A DNA stretch of 64,000 bases. Origin: Dictyostelium discoideum. Taxonomy: Eukaryota. The translations under genes were made by a program, and so were the position numbers. Positions 25,235 through 46,893 of the stretch are shown here, piece after piece (the first letter of the stretch is position 1; every line of letters starts with the position of its first letter). The DNA lies in assembly GCA_000004695.1 (NCBI GenBank), contig CM000153.2:2272001-2336000 (forward strand), written 5' to 3'. The notes under the pieces were generated by a model. That model saw nothing but the letters and a program-made list of their open reading frames with translations, did not search any database and had not been told where the DNA came from.

Positions 25235-25324
25235 AACAAAAAAAAAAAAAAAAAAAACAATCAAGAGAAAAAAAAATAAAATAAATAATTAGTATTCAAT
25301 TAAAATAAAATAAAATAAAATAAA

Positions 25325-31099
<5,775 letters not shown>

Positions 31100-31307
31100 A
31101 ATAAAAAAAAATAAAAAAATAATAATAATAATTCAAATTTTAAAAATAAAAATATTCATGTAATTGTAATTTATAAAATAAATGTTTAAATCTTTAGTTT
31201 TTATTTAAAATACATGTATTTTATTTATATTATTACTTTTATTATTATTATTTATATAATTATTGTTTAAATAATTTTTATAATTATTATAAAATTTAAA
31301 CTTTTTA

Positions 31308-31340
<33 letters not shown>

Positions 31341-31384
31341 GTTACTATTTTTTGGTAGTAAAAAAAAAAAGTTTTTTAGAAAAT

Positions 31385-31415
<31 letters not shown>

Positions 31416-31786
31416 ATCTTTAATCCTGATTTCGATTTATCCAAAAAAAAAAAAAATTAACCAATCATCAAAGACTTTATGGTGTAAGTTTTTTTTTTTT
31501 TTTTTTGATGGTTTTGATTATAATAAACGGAATGTTTTGTTGCTAAATTATTTTAAAAAAAAAAAAGTCGCTTGATTTTTTCAGAGATTTTTTTTTTTTT
31601 TCATTTTAATTGAAAAAATAAATTCGAATAACTCCCATTGTCCTTGTTTTTAATTTAAAATTATTTTTATTTTTATTTTTTTTTTTTCTGAAAAAACTAA
31701 ACCCTTTTTTTTTAAAAAACTTTTTTTCTCACTCTGTTTTTTTTTTTTTTTTTTTTTTTTTTAAATAGAAATAAAATAGAAAATAA

Positions 31787-34087
31787 ATGAAGTCATCAAA
31801 AATTCATAATTGTGAAGTTTGTGATAAAATCTATGAAGAACCTCAGTCATTATCATGTGGCGATACTATTTGTAAGAAATGTGTAGAAAAAGAAAAAAGT
31901 CAACAACAAAATAAAACAAAATTCAATTGTCCATTATGTAAAGAGGAAGTTTCATGTCATTTTTTAAATAAGAGAATGAATTCTGAAGTGATTGAATTCA
32001 AAAAAAGTCAATGCAAAATTCATCCAAATGAAAAGATTATATCCTATTGTGATAATTGTAATTGTAACATTTGTAAAGAATGTTCAACAAGTTCCAACCA
32101 CCGTGGTCATATATTTAGTACAATGAACGAGTCAAAATTTGAATTGATTTTCAATGAATTTTCAAATAACCAATACCAAAAGCTATTGGAATATAAACAA
32201 CAAGTTGCCAATAGTAGTGAATTGTTGAAAGACAATTTTAAGAGAACCAATGATCATAGTTCCACTCAATTGGCATTATTAGAGTCAACTTTCTCACAAT
32301 TACATTCAACTTTAAAAACATTGGAGACTCAACTTGACTTTCAAATTAAGAAAACCAATGAACTTAATCAAATTTCAAATACAAAATTTACAACTTTAAT
32401 AACTGATGTTGAATCCAATATAAATAATATCATCAATAAAAATGATCAATACTTTTCAAAGGAAAACTCTGAACAATATAAATCAACAACACCTGGTACT
32501 TCAGATAAAATTAAACAGTTGTTTGAAACCAATCAAATAGCTATCATTAATGATTTAACCGATACAAATAACCTTTTAAATAATAAATCAAATATAAATT
32601 CAAATGATTTTATTAAATCTTCTTTAATTATAAATAATGATAATTTATTAAAATTTAATGAATTTTTAAATTCAATTTTTAAAATTGAAAATATTCAACA
32701 ACAATCTCAACAGGTTCAACAAACTCAACAACCTCAACAAACCCAACATGCTCAACAAGCCCAACAAGCTCAACAAGCTCAACAAGCTCAACAAACCCAA
32801 CATGCTCAACAAACTCAACAACAACAGAATATAATATCACATGATAATAGTAGAACAATTTCAAAGAGTTCATCAATGGATTTAAATAATAATAACAATA
32901 ATAATAACAATGATGATACAAATAGTAATAGTAGTAATTCATCAGCAGTAAGTACACCATCAAATCTACCATTAAGTAAAAGTCAATCAGTTAATAATAT
33001 TGTAAAATTGGGAAATTCTAGAAGTGAATATACACCATCAATTACAAAGAGTACTTCAAATAGTTCAATAAAGAGTTCTAATAGTGATGAAATTTCTTCA
33101 ACTCTTCAACAATTCCCATCAACAATTATATCATCAATTCCATCGCCAAATAGAATTAGTAAAATGTATTCTTCAACTAATAATCTTTCTGGTACAGTTG
33201 CTGCTAAAGATAATACAGCCGATATTTTTCGTTGGAATATTGTTGATCCAATTCCACCAAATACAACTTCGATTTGTGTCATTTCCACTAAAACCCAGAT
33301 TCCAGCTGGTTCAATTCCAAAAAAAGTTACCTCTATTGTTTTCTCTGGTTATAATCAACCACTAGAGGAAGGTTCAATTCCTGATACTGTATTAAATCTT
33401 CATTTAGGTCAAGACTATCACCAAGAATTAAAAGAAAATGTATTACCATCCTCAATTACATCTTTACATTTAGGTGGAAAATTCAATAAACCTTTAAAAC
33501 CCGGTATGATTCCATTTGGTGTTTTAGATTTACATATTGGTGACTCTTTTAATCAATCACTTTCCTCCAATAGTCTTCCATCTAGTATTTTATCTTTACA
33601 TTTGGGTGGTCATTTCAATCAAAAATTGAAACAAGGTGATATTCCATCAAGTGTTTCAAAATTAATTCTTTCAAATGATTTCAATCAACAAATCTCTCAA
33701 GATGTAATACCAGCAAGTTGTAAAACCCTTATCTTTGGTTACGCCTTTAACCAAGTGATTCTACCTGGTGTATTACCTCCAAATATCGATGTCCTAGAGT
33801 TATCCTATTCTTTCAATCAAGTTTTAGTCAAAGGTAGTATACCCGATGTTAGAAAGTTAACATTTGGTTACTTTTTCAACAAACCTATAAAATCAGATGG
33901 TATCATTCCAAAATCTGTGACTCATTTAACTTATGGTTCACTTTTTAATCAAACTTTAACTAAATATGTTGTTCCAAAATCAACTACATTATTGACCTTA
34001 CCAGATACATATGCTTCAGGAAGAACTTCAGAAATTTCAAATTTATCTTCAACTTGTTTAGTTTCTTATAAACCAAGAGATTATTAA
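31787..34087 (+). CDS. B-box zinc-finger / coiled-coil protein with C-terminal FNIP repeats
   Basis: N-terminal Cys/His clusters: CEVCDKIYEEPQSLSCGDTICKKCVEKE...CPLCKEE and CKIHPNEKIISYCDNCNCNICKECSTSSNHRGH (B-box-like). Then coiled coil and a QAQQ repeat. Nine or more FNIP repeats follow (SIVFSGYNQPLEEGSIP, LHLGGKFNKPLKPGMIP, LHLGGHFNQKLKQGDIP ...). The reading frame is intact. Confidence 0.75.
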   Translation: MKSSKIHNCEVCDKIYEEPQSLSCGDTICKKCVEKEKSQQQNKTKFNCPLCKEEVSCHFLNKRMNSEVIEFKKSQCKIHPNEKIISYCDNCNCNICKECSTSSNHRGHIFSTMNESKFELIFNEFSNNQYQKLLEYKQQVANSSELLKDNFKRTNDHSSTQLALLESTFSQLHSTLKTLETQLDFQIKKTNELNQISNTKFTTLITDVESNINNIINKNDQYFSKENSEQYKSTTPGTSDKIKQLFETNQIAIINDLTDTNNLLNNKSNINSNDFIKSSLIINNDNLLKFNEFLNSIFKIENIQQQSQQVQQTQQPQQTQHAQQAQQAQQAQQAQQTQHAQQTQQQQNIISHDNSRTISKSSSMDLNNNNNNNNNDDTNSNSSNSSAVSTPSNLPLSKSQSVNNIVKLGNSRSEYTPSITKSTSNSSIKSSNSDEISSTLQQFPSTIISSIPSPNRISKMYSSTNNLSGTVAAKDNTADIFRWNIVDPIPPNTTSICVISTKTQIPAGSIPKKVTSIVFSGYNQPLEEGSIPDTVLNLHLGQDYHQELKENVLPSSITSLHLGGKFNKPLKPGMIPFGVLDLHIGDSFNQSLSSNSLPSSILSLHLGGHFNQKLKQGDIPSSVSKLILSNDFNQQISQDVIPASCKTLIFGYAFNQVILPGVLPPNIDVLELSYSFNQVLVKGSIPDVRKLTFGYFFNKPIKSDGIIPKSVTHLTYGSLFNQTLTKYVVPKSTTLLTLPDTYASGRTSEISNLSSTCLVSYKPRDY

Positions 34088-34297
34088 AAAAAAAAAAAAA
34101 AAACCTTGATTTTAAACTTTCTTTTTCTTTTTTTTAATTTTTTTTTTATTATATATATAAAAATAATAATTAAAATTAATAAAATGATCAGTGCTTAGAT
34201 TATAATTTAAATATATTAACTTTTTATTGTTTTTTAAATTTTATTTATTTATTTTAAGTCGCACCGTGGTGGTATTGGAATTAAAAAGGGGAATTAG

Positions 34298-36594
34298 TCA
34301 ACAATTATCTTTAGTTATATCAAAATAAAAATCAAAAATACTCTTTTTTTTATAAAATTCTATATTTTTTGACATTATTAAATATTCCCCAATATATGCA
34401 GTAGTATTGATGGGACTTCTTTTAGAATTAATCTGTACATATAATGATTTTTCACTTGAATATATTTTTGTGGTAGTTTGTTCATTTGCCAATACCTTTA
34501 CTTGGAATTCTTTATCTTTTGTTAATAAATTTTTACCATTAATGGTAATAACACCATTGCAACTAATATTATTATTAATACTAAAAATAATTGGTGGTAA
34601 TGTTATATAAAAAGGAGATTCCATATCAATACTATCTACTGTAATATTTATCATTCCATTTTCATATGTAGTTAATTTTTTGAATGAAAATTGGTTATTA
34701 TTTAATGATCTAATTTGTGATGAAATATCACTACCATTAAAAAAAACCTTTATTAAGGAAAGAGAATTTCCAAAGTTACTACCATGAACTGTTAAATCCT
34801 CTTGACCTTTAGAGAATGTACGATATTGTATTACTGGTGGTGCGTAGCTGTATTTGTTTTCAAATGATTCTGAATTAAAATGTAGAGTGTAGTTTTTATC
34901 TATTCCAGTACCATATGGAGCAGGACATGATGTTATATAGAAATCTGAATTTGATGTTTGTAATGATGGGACTGAACAATCCATTGATGGGGTATTACCA
35001 TATGTTATTTTTGGAATTTTCATTAATTCAAAAAATATACATTTTGTATTATATAATTCCAAAATTAATGTTCCGTTAACTGATGATGGTCTTTTAATAA
35101 CACTGGACATTATTGGGGCTTGAACTGGTAATATGGATGGGGTACCGTCGATTGTGATATTAACATTAAAATTTTTACATTTCAAAAGTGGTAATTTAAA
35201 TGATAGATTCGATTCATCAGGCGATACTTGAAATTGTTTTATTTCAATTTTTATATCACCAAATTGGCTATTTACTTCTATTATTGAATTTTCTTTTAAA
35301 GAAGCTAGATTATGACCTTCAACTATAACCATACCTTTGGAGACTTTTGCATTTATTATTGTTGGGATATCATATGAAAATGTAACATCATTACTTATTA
35401 TTGAATTACAACCATCAAATTTAACAATTATTGGCAAATTTTTACCTCCAGATTTATCAGGATTTAATTTACAAACTAATGTATTTTCAATTGATTGTAA
35501 ATATACACAACTTTTACCACCAATTTCAATTATTGGAATTAAATTTGGTTTTGAAACTGAAAATAATTTTGAGCCCTCTATTGTTACAACACCACCAATT
35601 TTACTTGACACTGATGTAATTGATTTAACTATTGCTGGGATACAAACGGAAGAATTCTTTTCACTTGAAACACCATTAACTTTTATATGAATTGACAATG
35701 GACCAGGATCTGTTATATGATAACAACTCGCCTCAATTTGAGTATGGTTAACTGTAATTTTAGGATTTGGTTGTGGTATATTATCAAAATAAATTTTAAT
35801 CAAAGAAGTATCATGGAAAAAATTATCACCATTTATAACAATAATAGATCTTGAGAATTCATTTATTGTACTTGATATTATTGGTGGTGCATATGAAAAT
35901 GGAACATTATATATTCTTTCATCATCAAAATAGAAATTAAAATTTCCAGAACCAGGTGGAATAGTTACTTTTATACTATTACAATTGAAAGATTGATCAG
36001 AGAAATTACCCATAACAACAAATGGTTCCACATTTTCGATTGAATGTAAAAGTCTAGAAGGACCACCAACAAGCCTTAAAAAAGTCCCATTAATTACAAT
36101 ATCACCACCAGATGTTGGTGGATATCTACTAAAACTCACATCATAAGGAGCTGGAAATTTTGTCTGAATCAATTGAGTACTATACTCATTATCACTAGAT
36201 ACTTCCCTAAAATAAACCCTACTATATAAACTACCCCATAATCTTGAAAATGGTTCATCCGAATGGAAAATGCACACTCTATCATCATTCCTGGAAATGG
36301 TACAATTAAAATAATTTGGTGCCATTTCATATCTCGGATAAAAATAATCATATAGAACTAGTTTTGTAAAATATGAATCAGTTTTATTAAAAATATATAA
36401 CAATTTTGAAACCTCAAATTTTACAGCTATTTTATTACAAAAATTATTAATTAATATTTATAACCTATATAATAAAATCAAATTTAAGCTTAAAATAATA
36501 AATAATTACCTGTTGGGTTTGGAGGTAATTGTGAATTAATCTTTATAAAAAATAAAGAAAAAAATATTAAAATATATATTATTTTAAATTTCAT
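34298..36594 (-). CDS. Secreted protein with IPT/TIG-like beta-sandwich repeats; join(complement(36510..36594),complement(34298..36426))
   Basis: The upstream exon encodes the signal peptide MKFKIIYILIFFSLFFIKINSQLPPNPT. The donor is GTAATT (complement 36504-36509), phase 1. An 83-nt intron ends in AG at 36427-36428, and G+CT gives Ala. The frame continues into the tool ORF (VKFEVSKLLYIFNKTD...). Repeated motifs of the kind ...ITV/ING..F...S.IK. occur. No obvious TM segment. Confidence 0.55.
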
Positions 36595-36918
36595 TTTAAT
36601 AATTATATCATGTATAATATAAAAATAATTTTATAAAAAAATTTATATTAAACAAAAAAATTATAAAAATAATTTACATTAATAATAATTTAAAAAAATT
36701 ATAATTAAATAAATAAAAAAAAAATAATAAAAATTTAATTCTAAAAATAGCAGCTAGTAAAAAAAAAGTTTCAAATGGTGGTGTTATTTTTTTGTGGAAA
36801 TTGTTTTTTTTTTTGATTCTCTCCAAATTATACATTGATCAAAAATAAAAAAAATAAAAAAAAATTAATATTTAATATTTACAAAAAAAAATGAAAAAAT
36901 AAAGTGATAAAAATAATT

Positions 36919-36952
<34 letters not shown>

Positions 36953-37176
36953 AAAAAAATTTTATAAATCTAATTATAACTTTATTTATTTAATTTTAAA
37001 TCTTTGTATATTGTTAGGTTGAGTACTTTTTAATAATTGTTGGGAAAAAAATCAAAAAAAAAAAAATAAACAAAGAGATAAAAACATCAGGCTAAAAAAA
37101 AAAAAAAAAAAAAGTTGACCAAGAAAATCTATTTATTTAAAAAAAAAAAAGATTCATAAATTTATTTATTTTTAAT

Positions 37177-38808
<1,632 letters not shown>

Positions 38809-39497
38809 TCCTTTTTTTTTTTTTTTTTGTTTTAAATTTATTTTGTATATTTGTTTTCGAATTTTTTTATTTATTTGAAAAATAATTGTTTTTTTTTATT
38901 TTTTTTTATTTTTTTTACAACTATTTAATCTTCTTTTATAACAAAATTCAAGAGAGATATAATATTGTAGTTTTATTTAGTTGTGTGCTATATTCTTGTT
39001 TTTTTTTTTATTTTTTTTTTATTCTTTTAAAATTCTATAAAAATATACAAAAATGGTGATTGTTAATATTTAATACTAATTTTTTTTTTTTTTTTAAAAA
39101 AAAAAAATATAGAAAAGTGGTATAATTAATAAAAAAAAAAAACAACACACTAATTTTAAAAAAAATAAAATAAATAAAATAAAAAAAAAAACAAAAATAA
39201 AAATAAAAATATATAAAAAACAAAAAAAAAACAAGCTGTGGTGTGGCAAAATGATAATTTAAAAAAATATATTTGATTTTTCTTTGTATACAAAGATAGT
39301 GTTTATGTTTAGTGTGTAAAAAAACTTTTGTGAGGAAAATGAAAAAAAAAAAAAAAATATATACATACACAATTGTAATTGTCTCTATATTTCTATGTTT
39401 TCTGTAAATTTATATTATTAATTATAATCTTATGTGTGAGTAAACAATAGAGCTATAAATTTAAATTAAAAAAAAAATATATATATTTATTCTATAT

Positions 39498-39620
<123 letters not shown>

Positions 39621-41039
39621 ATTACAATGCAATAGTTTTTTTTTATTTCTATTGCTTTATTATTATTATTATTTTTTTATATATACTATTACTATTTGTT
39701 TTTTATTATTATTATCTCTCTTTTTTACTTTCTAGAAAAACTGGGAAAAAAAAAAAAAAATTTAAAAAAAAAAAAAAAAATTTAAAAAAAAAATATAAAA
39801 AAAAAAAAAAATATAAAAAAAAATAAATAAATAAAAAAAAAAAAAATAAAAAAATAAAAAATAAAAAAAAAATATTTGTGATTCTAAAAATAATTGTGTG
39901 CACAAACAAGATCTTTTGTTTGAATAAACTAAGAATTTTTAACTTTTTTTTTTTTTTCCAATTAAAATTTTTTTTAGAATCCATTGATTAATTTAAAGAA
40001 AAAATAAACTTTGAAAGCCATATAAGATTATTTTTTAATTAACGAGTAAATAAATAAAAAAAAAAAAAATAAAATAAAATAAAAGATCAAACACAGTGGT
40101 TTTAATTATTAAAAGATATTTTTTTTGAAAAAAAAAAAAAAAAAAAGACGGAAAAAAGCCATTCAAATAATTAGGAGTTTCATATTCAAAAAAACAATTA
40201 TTTTTTATTTATATAATTTTTTTTTTTTTTAATTTTTTTTTTTTTTGAATTATTTTGGTTTAACAATTTTTCTCTATTTTGATTTTTTTTTTTCCTTTTT
40301 TTTATATTTTTTTTTTAAATTTATAAATAAAACTAATATTTAAAATATATAAATAAATCGAATCTTGTTTTTTTTATTTTTTTTTTCATTTCACCATCTA
40401 TCCATTACTTTAAGATCTGACCTTTGCAGCTTTTTATTTTTTATTTTTTTTGTTTTTTTAATTTTTTTAATTTTTTAATTTTTTTTTTTTTTTTTTTTTT
40501 TTATTTTTTTTAATTTTTTTTTTTTTTTTTTTTTTTTATTTCACTCACTAAAAATAGAATTTGTATCAAAATCACCACATTTAAAAATATTGATAGACCT
40601 ATTAATAATATTAACATTAGTTTGAAGCTATAGTATTTATTACAATCATCAATTAAATCCAATATTAAACCCACTGTATATTTATATGTATTTTTAATAA
40701 AAAAAATAAATAAAATAAAAGTAAAATAAAAAAGAGTAAATAAAATTTAGTTTATAATATAGTAAAAAGGATATGGAGGTAAGCAATGTAACACAATCTT
40801 GTTTAATATTTTTTTTTTTTTTTTCTTTTATTTGTTCTTTTTTATTTTTTTTTTTATTTGGTATGGGACATGCCAAATTTTTTTTTTTTAAAAAAAAAAA
40901 AAAATATCCATTCAGATTTAAATATATCCAAATTTGTAATAATAATTGTTTTTATTTTTTTTATTTAATTTTTTTTTTTTTTTTTATCTTTAAAATAAAT
41001 TATTATAATGGCATTTTTTTTATTTATTCCATAGTTATT

Positions 41040-41092
<53 letters not shown>

Positions 41093-41168
41093 ATACAAAT
41101 AAAAAAAAATATATATATATATATACAAATATTAATTATCATTACATTTATTTATTTATTTATTTATT

Positions 41169-41737
41169 ATGTTTATAAATAAAATTCCATTTTTAAAGAG
41201 AGAAAAGAAAGATAAAACAACAGGAACAAACAGCAATAATAATAACAATAATAATAATTTTAATAATGTAAATAATGGACTTCCATCCATTGAAAGGTTT
41301 AAAGACCTTCTATCAAAATTGGAGTTTGAATATAAATTACTTTGGAATGAAAATCAAGAATGTAATACAAATCTACAATAATTAAAAAAAAAAAAAAAGA
41401 AAAAAAAAAAAAAATATATATATATATATTTTTATACATAATTAATAATATAAAATTGATTGTTACTAATCCATAATTTTTTATTACTGTAGTAAAACAA
41501 AAAGTTGAATCATTATCAAACAATAATGAAATTTTAAATAATAATAATAATAACAATAGTGGTAATAGCACAAACAATATATTAGACATAAACGAAAGTC
41601 ATATAACAAATAAAATTTTAACCGAACCTTTGACAACAATACCTCAACTACAAACACAACAAAATCAATTACAAATACCGACTATACCAACAAACCAATC
41701 ATTAATTATAAAGGAATCGAATAATAATAATAATAAT

Positions 41738-41783
<46 letters not shown>

Positions 41784-42845
41784 TAAATAATAGTAATGGT
41801 TTAAATTATAGTGGTAATGGATTAATAAATGCAACTGGTAAGAATAAATTACCAAAATTAAAGAAATCAAAATCGCAATCATCCTCTAAAAATCAAAATT
41901 TATTATCGCAACAACATATTATACACAGTAATAATGGTAGTAGTGGTGGAGGAGGAGGAAGTAGTAAAAATAATAATAGTGGTAATATTAATAATAATAA
42001 TAATAATAATGGATCAAAGAGAGATGGATCACATAAATGGATTAGAGCTAAAGAATATTTAGGACATAGAGATGGTATTTGGGAGATAACATGTTGTCCA
42101 TGGGATTTATTATATTTCGGTACGGCATCAACTGATAAAACCGCTAGAATTTTGACAGTGGATGGTTCAAAATTACCAATCGTTTATACTGCACATACTG
42201 GTACAATCAATTCTATTAGATTTCATCCAATGGAAAGATTCTTTTGTACCGCTTCAGGTGATAAAACAATTCATATCATTAAATTACCAGCTGAAAGAAG
42301 TTCAACAAATGGTGTTTTAAAATCACCAACACCATTCACTTCAAATTATCAGTCACAATCAATGGGGAATAATAAAGATAATAAAGATATCAATTATATT
42401 CAAATACAATCATCACCAGCTCAAATAAATCACATTATGTCATCTGGTTCACCTGTTATGGGTAGATCTTCAAATGTTGCTGTAAATCCTTTGATTGGTG
42501 GTAATAACAATAATAATATTATTAATAATAATAATTTAATTACAGGTTCTAGTTCCGCAAATCCTTTTAAAAATAAACTATGGACTCCTTTATTAGATAG
42601 AAATGCATCATTTCAACCACTTCAACAACAACAACAAGCGCAAGAAATTTCACAGCATCAAGAAAGTATTAATAATGATTTAAATGAAGATTTAAATTCA
42701 GATTCAGATTTAGATTCTGGACCATTATCACCACCAATAGTACAAACATATAAACCCCCTCAATCACCAAGGGAATTTAAAATTTTAAATGATGAACCAA
42801 AGAAAATTACAAATATTTTACCCCCACCAACACCACAATTACAGC

Positions 42846-42916
<71 letters not shown>

Positions 42917-43723
42917 CCATCAATAACTCAACAACAGCAACAACTACTACAACAACAGCAACAACAAATACAACTACAACTACAACAACAACAACAACAA
43001 CAATTACTTCAACAACAGCAACAACAAGAATTATTACAAACAAATACATATATTAGATCACCAATGTTAGAATTAAAAGGTCATTCTGGACCAGTTATTG
43101 GTGCAACATGGATATCAAGTAGTACGGTTGTGTCAGCAAGTTGGGATAATACAATAAGATGGTGGAATACAGAAAATGGTAAATTAATTTCAAGTGGTAA
43201 TGTTTGTGTTGATAAAGTTCATAGAGTTACAAACATTACATCAAATCCAAACTGTAATACACATTCAATCACTAGTAGTACTGATGGTATCATAAGAATA
43301 TGGGATTATCGTTCATCATCCTCTGGTTGTATTGATTCAATTCAAGGCCATCAAGAACCTGTAAATAGTGCAGTATTCACATCGGATGGCAATAATGTAG
43401 TCACTGGTGGAGAAGATCGTACTGTAAAAGTTTGGGATATTAGACAAACCAAAGCCTATAAAACCTCAATTCGTTGTCCATTTGGAATCAATAGGTTATC
43501 AGTTTCTCCAAATACAAATTCAATTGCAATACCTCAAGACGATGGAAGAATTTCGGTTTATGATATTTATGGTAATAGAAAAGGAAAAATGAGAGATCAA
43601 TACAAATATGGTCATAAACAAATGGCAACTTCAACTTCTTGGAGTTTTGATGATTCTGTAATTTTCTCTGCTGGTTTTGACAGAAAAGCAATTTGTTGGG
43701 CTAGTAATTCTTCAGTTAATTAA
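41169..43723 (+). CDS. WD40-repeat protein, WDR37-like, with long poly-Gln tract; join(41169..41361,41493..43723)
   Basis: Exon 1 (MFINKIPFLK...LPSIERFKDLLSKLEFEYKLLWNENQE+T) has a GTAATA donor at 41362 (phase 1). The 131-nt intron ends in AG at 41491-41492, and T+TA gives Leu, in frame with the tool ORF. WD repeats: HRDGIWEITCCPWD, TASGDKTIHIIKL, SASWDNTIRWWN, GGEDRTVKVWDIR. The N-terminal LP..ER/EFE.L..EN.EL coiled coil resembles WDR37. (CAA)n gives about 60 Gln. Confidence 0.65.
42841..43030 (+). repeat. (CAA)n/(CAG) coding microsatellite giving poly-Gln
   Basis: A near-perfect caa repeat. The - strand poly-Val ORF 42807..43049 is an antisense artefact. Confidence 0.9.
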
Positions 43724-43841
43724 TAAAGAATTTATTTTAAAACACTAAATACATATATATTTATAATTATAAATAATAAAAAAAAAAAGATATATATATT
43801 TATTTTTTATTTTTTTCTTTTACTTTTTATTTTACTATTTT

Positions 43842-46657
43842 TTAAAATGTACTATTTTTAATTTTTTCATAATCTAAATTTGCTTTTTCACGAAGTTCAT
43901 CAATATTCTTATCTTGTTCAGCATATTGGAGTACAAGATGACGACCATAAAAGTGAGAATTACCAAGTGCTTCCATTGCATTTTTAGCTTCTTCTTCTGT
44001 GAGGAATTCAACGAAACCAAAACCTCTATGACCTCCATTTGGTTTCTTTGGAATACGTACGGATTGAATTTCACCATAGGCAGTGAACAATTTTCTAATT
44101 TCTTTGATTGTTGATTCGAATGGAAGATTTTTAATAATGATTTTAGATGATGGTTTATTTGGTTGACCACCATTTGATTTAATAGATTGTTTACTGTTCT
44201 CTGGTAATTCTCTTCTTTTATTAATCTCTTGAACATTTGTTTCATTCTTGTCTGATAATTTCAATGAGATTTCATAACCATCAATTGAAGAACCATTCAA
44301 TTTCTTTATACATTCATATGCACCTTGTTTTGATGAAAATTCAATGAAACCGAAACCACATGGTAATCTTTCACTTGGATTCTTTGGATTAGCTTTAGTT
44401 GCAATATTTACATTAACATAATCCTTAAGTGATTTAAATTTACCAACGAGTGTTTCATTTGTAGTTTTCCAATTAAGATTTTTAATATAAACAAATTGAG
44501 TATTATTATCTGTACCTTTTTTAGTTGTTGTTGTTGTTGCTGCTGTTTTAGTTGTTGATTCAACTTCTTTTTTATCATTTGAACTATCTGATGATTTTTC
44601 AGATTTTTCAGATTTTTTAATTTCTTTTGGTGGAGCAGGTAATTTGAAAACACCTTCTGGTGCCCATTCAAGGTAAAGTGGGACATGGTGGAATTTTGAA
44701 TATGCTAAATTTTTAAAACCAACTTTAGCTTCATTTGGATGAATATATTCAATGAGTGCAATTGTACGAGCTGGTGAAAGTACAACACGAGAAAGTTCAC
44801 CAAATTTAGAGAATAATTCATGTAATTCATGTTCTTGAGTTTTAAATGGAATGTTTTTAACTAATAATACTGTGTTACTACGTTTACTACCTTTGTTACC
44901 AATATCTTGAATAATTACACCTTGATCCTCTAAAAACTTTTTAGTTTCATTAATTACATGAGTTTCCATTAATGTCATACGAACTGCTAAATCCATTTGA
45001 TTTGGATCTAATAATTGACCTTGAGTCATTTTATAACGTTCTGCTAATGAAGATACAATTGCATCACTTCTCATAAACAATGCATTCCAATTATGAGTTG
45101 AACCACTTGTTGTTTTTTGTTTTTGTTCTTTTTCAGCTTTAAATGATGATGATCCTCCTTCAGCACCATTATTATTATTATCTTTATTTTCAGAGAATTG
45201 TTTTGCTGGTGCGGCTTTACCTGGTAAAACATGAATTAATCTACCTTGGAAAACTTTACCATCCATGTCATTTAATGCTTGAACTGCATTCTCTGGAATT
45301 AAATATAAAATGAATGCAATACCTTTGGATTTCTTTGAATCATAATCAATTGGAATATGAATTTCAGAGATTTTACCAAATTTACTAAAAACTTTTTCTA
45401 AATCTTCTTCTTTTGTTGAATATGATAAATTTCTAACAAAAATTCTACCACTTTCACCAACATCTTCATCTTCTTTTGTATAATCATGTTCGAAATATTT
45501 AATTGGTTTAATTTTAGATTCATCATCATCACCATCATTATCATTATCTTTTTTATTTTTCTTTTTATCTTTTTTCTTTTCTTTTTTATTTTCTTTATTA
45601 TCATCAATTTTCATTTTATCTTTTTTATTTTCTTTATTATTAACATCCTCTTCCTCTGATTCTTCTTCATCTCTATAAACAATTGATTGATTCTTTTCAA
45701 TGATTTCATCATTATTTGATCTAAATTTACTTAACCAATCTAAATCTGAAACTGATGAATCATGTTTTTTCTTTTTTTCATTTATTATAGAATCTACATC
45801 ATCTTTTTTATTTTGTTTCTTTGGTGCTGTTGGCATATCTTCATATAAATCTTCTTCATCTGATGCGTCGGCATCTTCAAAAACTAATAAATCTTTATTT
45901 TTACCATGATCTAATTCAATCTTTTTTTTACCTGAAAATGGTAATTTACCATCCTCAACTTGATTATCATTTTCCTCTCCTTCTTCTCCTTCCTCTTCAC
46001 CTCTATTTATTTTACCAATTTCTTTATCATCATTTTCCCAAACTTTTCTATTTGCTTGAGGTGCAACTAAATTTAAAAATTCTTGATATTCAGGATCATT
46101 CTCTAATTCTGCATCTAATAAAGAATTTGTATGTGATTTCTTTTGTTTTTTATTTGATTGTTGTTCTAATTTATCTTGTTTTCTTTTTAATTCTTTTTTC
46201 TCTTTTTCTTTTTCCATTTCAGTTAATCTTTTATTTGATGATGAACCAATTGAATACTTTGACCATGGTCTATTTTCAGTTGTTTCACTTGCAACTGTTG
46301 CTGTTTCAACAACAATCTTTGATGTATCAATAAATGTACCATTCAATGAAAGTGCATTCTTTGCTGATTGTTCTGTTGAAAATCCAATAAATCCAAATAA
46401 TCTAGATTTACCATCCCTAGAAAAAAATAAAAATAAAAAAAATTAAAATTAATTATTAGTAAAACAATAATAATAATGATTATGGAAAAAAAAAAAAAAA
46501 AATATTCTGAAAATAAATAAAAAATAAAAAAATAAAATAATTACTTTTTGATAATTTTTGCATCTGTGACAGTACCAAATTTTTCGAAATGTTCTTTAAA
46601 ACGCTTATCTGTTAAATGTTTTGGTAATTGTTTTACACATATTCTTGTATTTGACAT
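43842..46657 (-). CDS. mrd1: Multiple RNA-binding-domain protein Mrd1/RBM19 (5-6 RRMs); join(complement(46545..46657),complement(43842..46416))
   Basis: Exon 1 (MSNTRICVKQLPKHLTDKRFKEHFEKFGTVTDAKIIK+AA) is the first half of RRM1. The donor is GTAATT (complement 46539-46544), phase 2. A 128-nt intron ends in ctAG (46417-46418). Exon 2 starts G|DGKSRLFGFIGFSTEQSAKNALSLNGTFIDTSKI, completing RRM1 and entering the tool ORF. Further RNP motifs follow (KGIAFILY, CGFGFIEF, RGFGFVEFLTEEEAKNAMEAL), with K/E-rich linkers. Confidence 0.8.
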
Positions 46658-46857
46658 AATATTATGGTATATATATTGTGATTATTTTTCTTTTTTTGGA
46701 ATAATGATTTAAAAATAAATTGAGAAAAAGAATGAAATAAAAAAAATAAAAAAAATAAAAAAAATTAAAAAAAAAAAAAACTTTCGTGTTTTTCGTTTTT
46801 TAGAAATAAAAAAAAAAAAAATTTAAATTAAATTAAAATATTTGTGGAAAAAACGTT

Positions 46858-46893
<36 letters not shown>

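Noticed and set aside
42807-43049. - strand poly-Val ORF
   Set aside because: Antisense of the (CAA)n poly-Gln tract of the WD40 gene.
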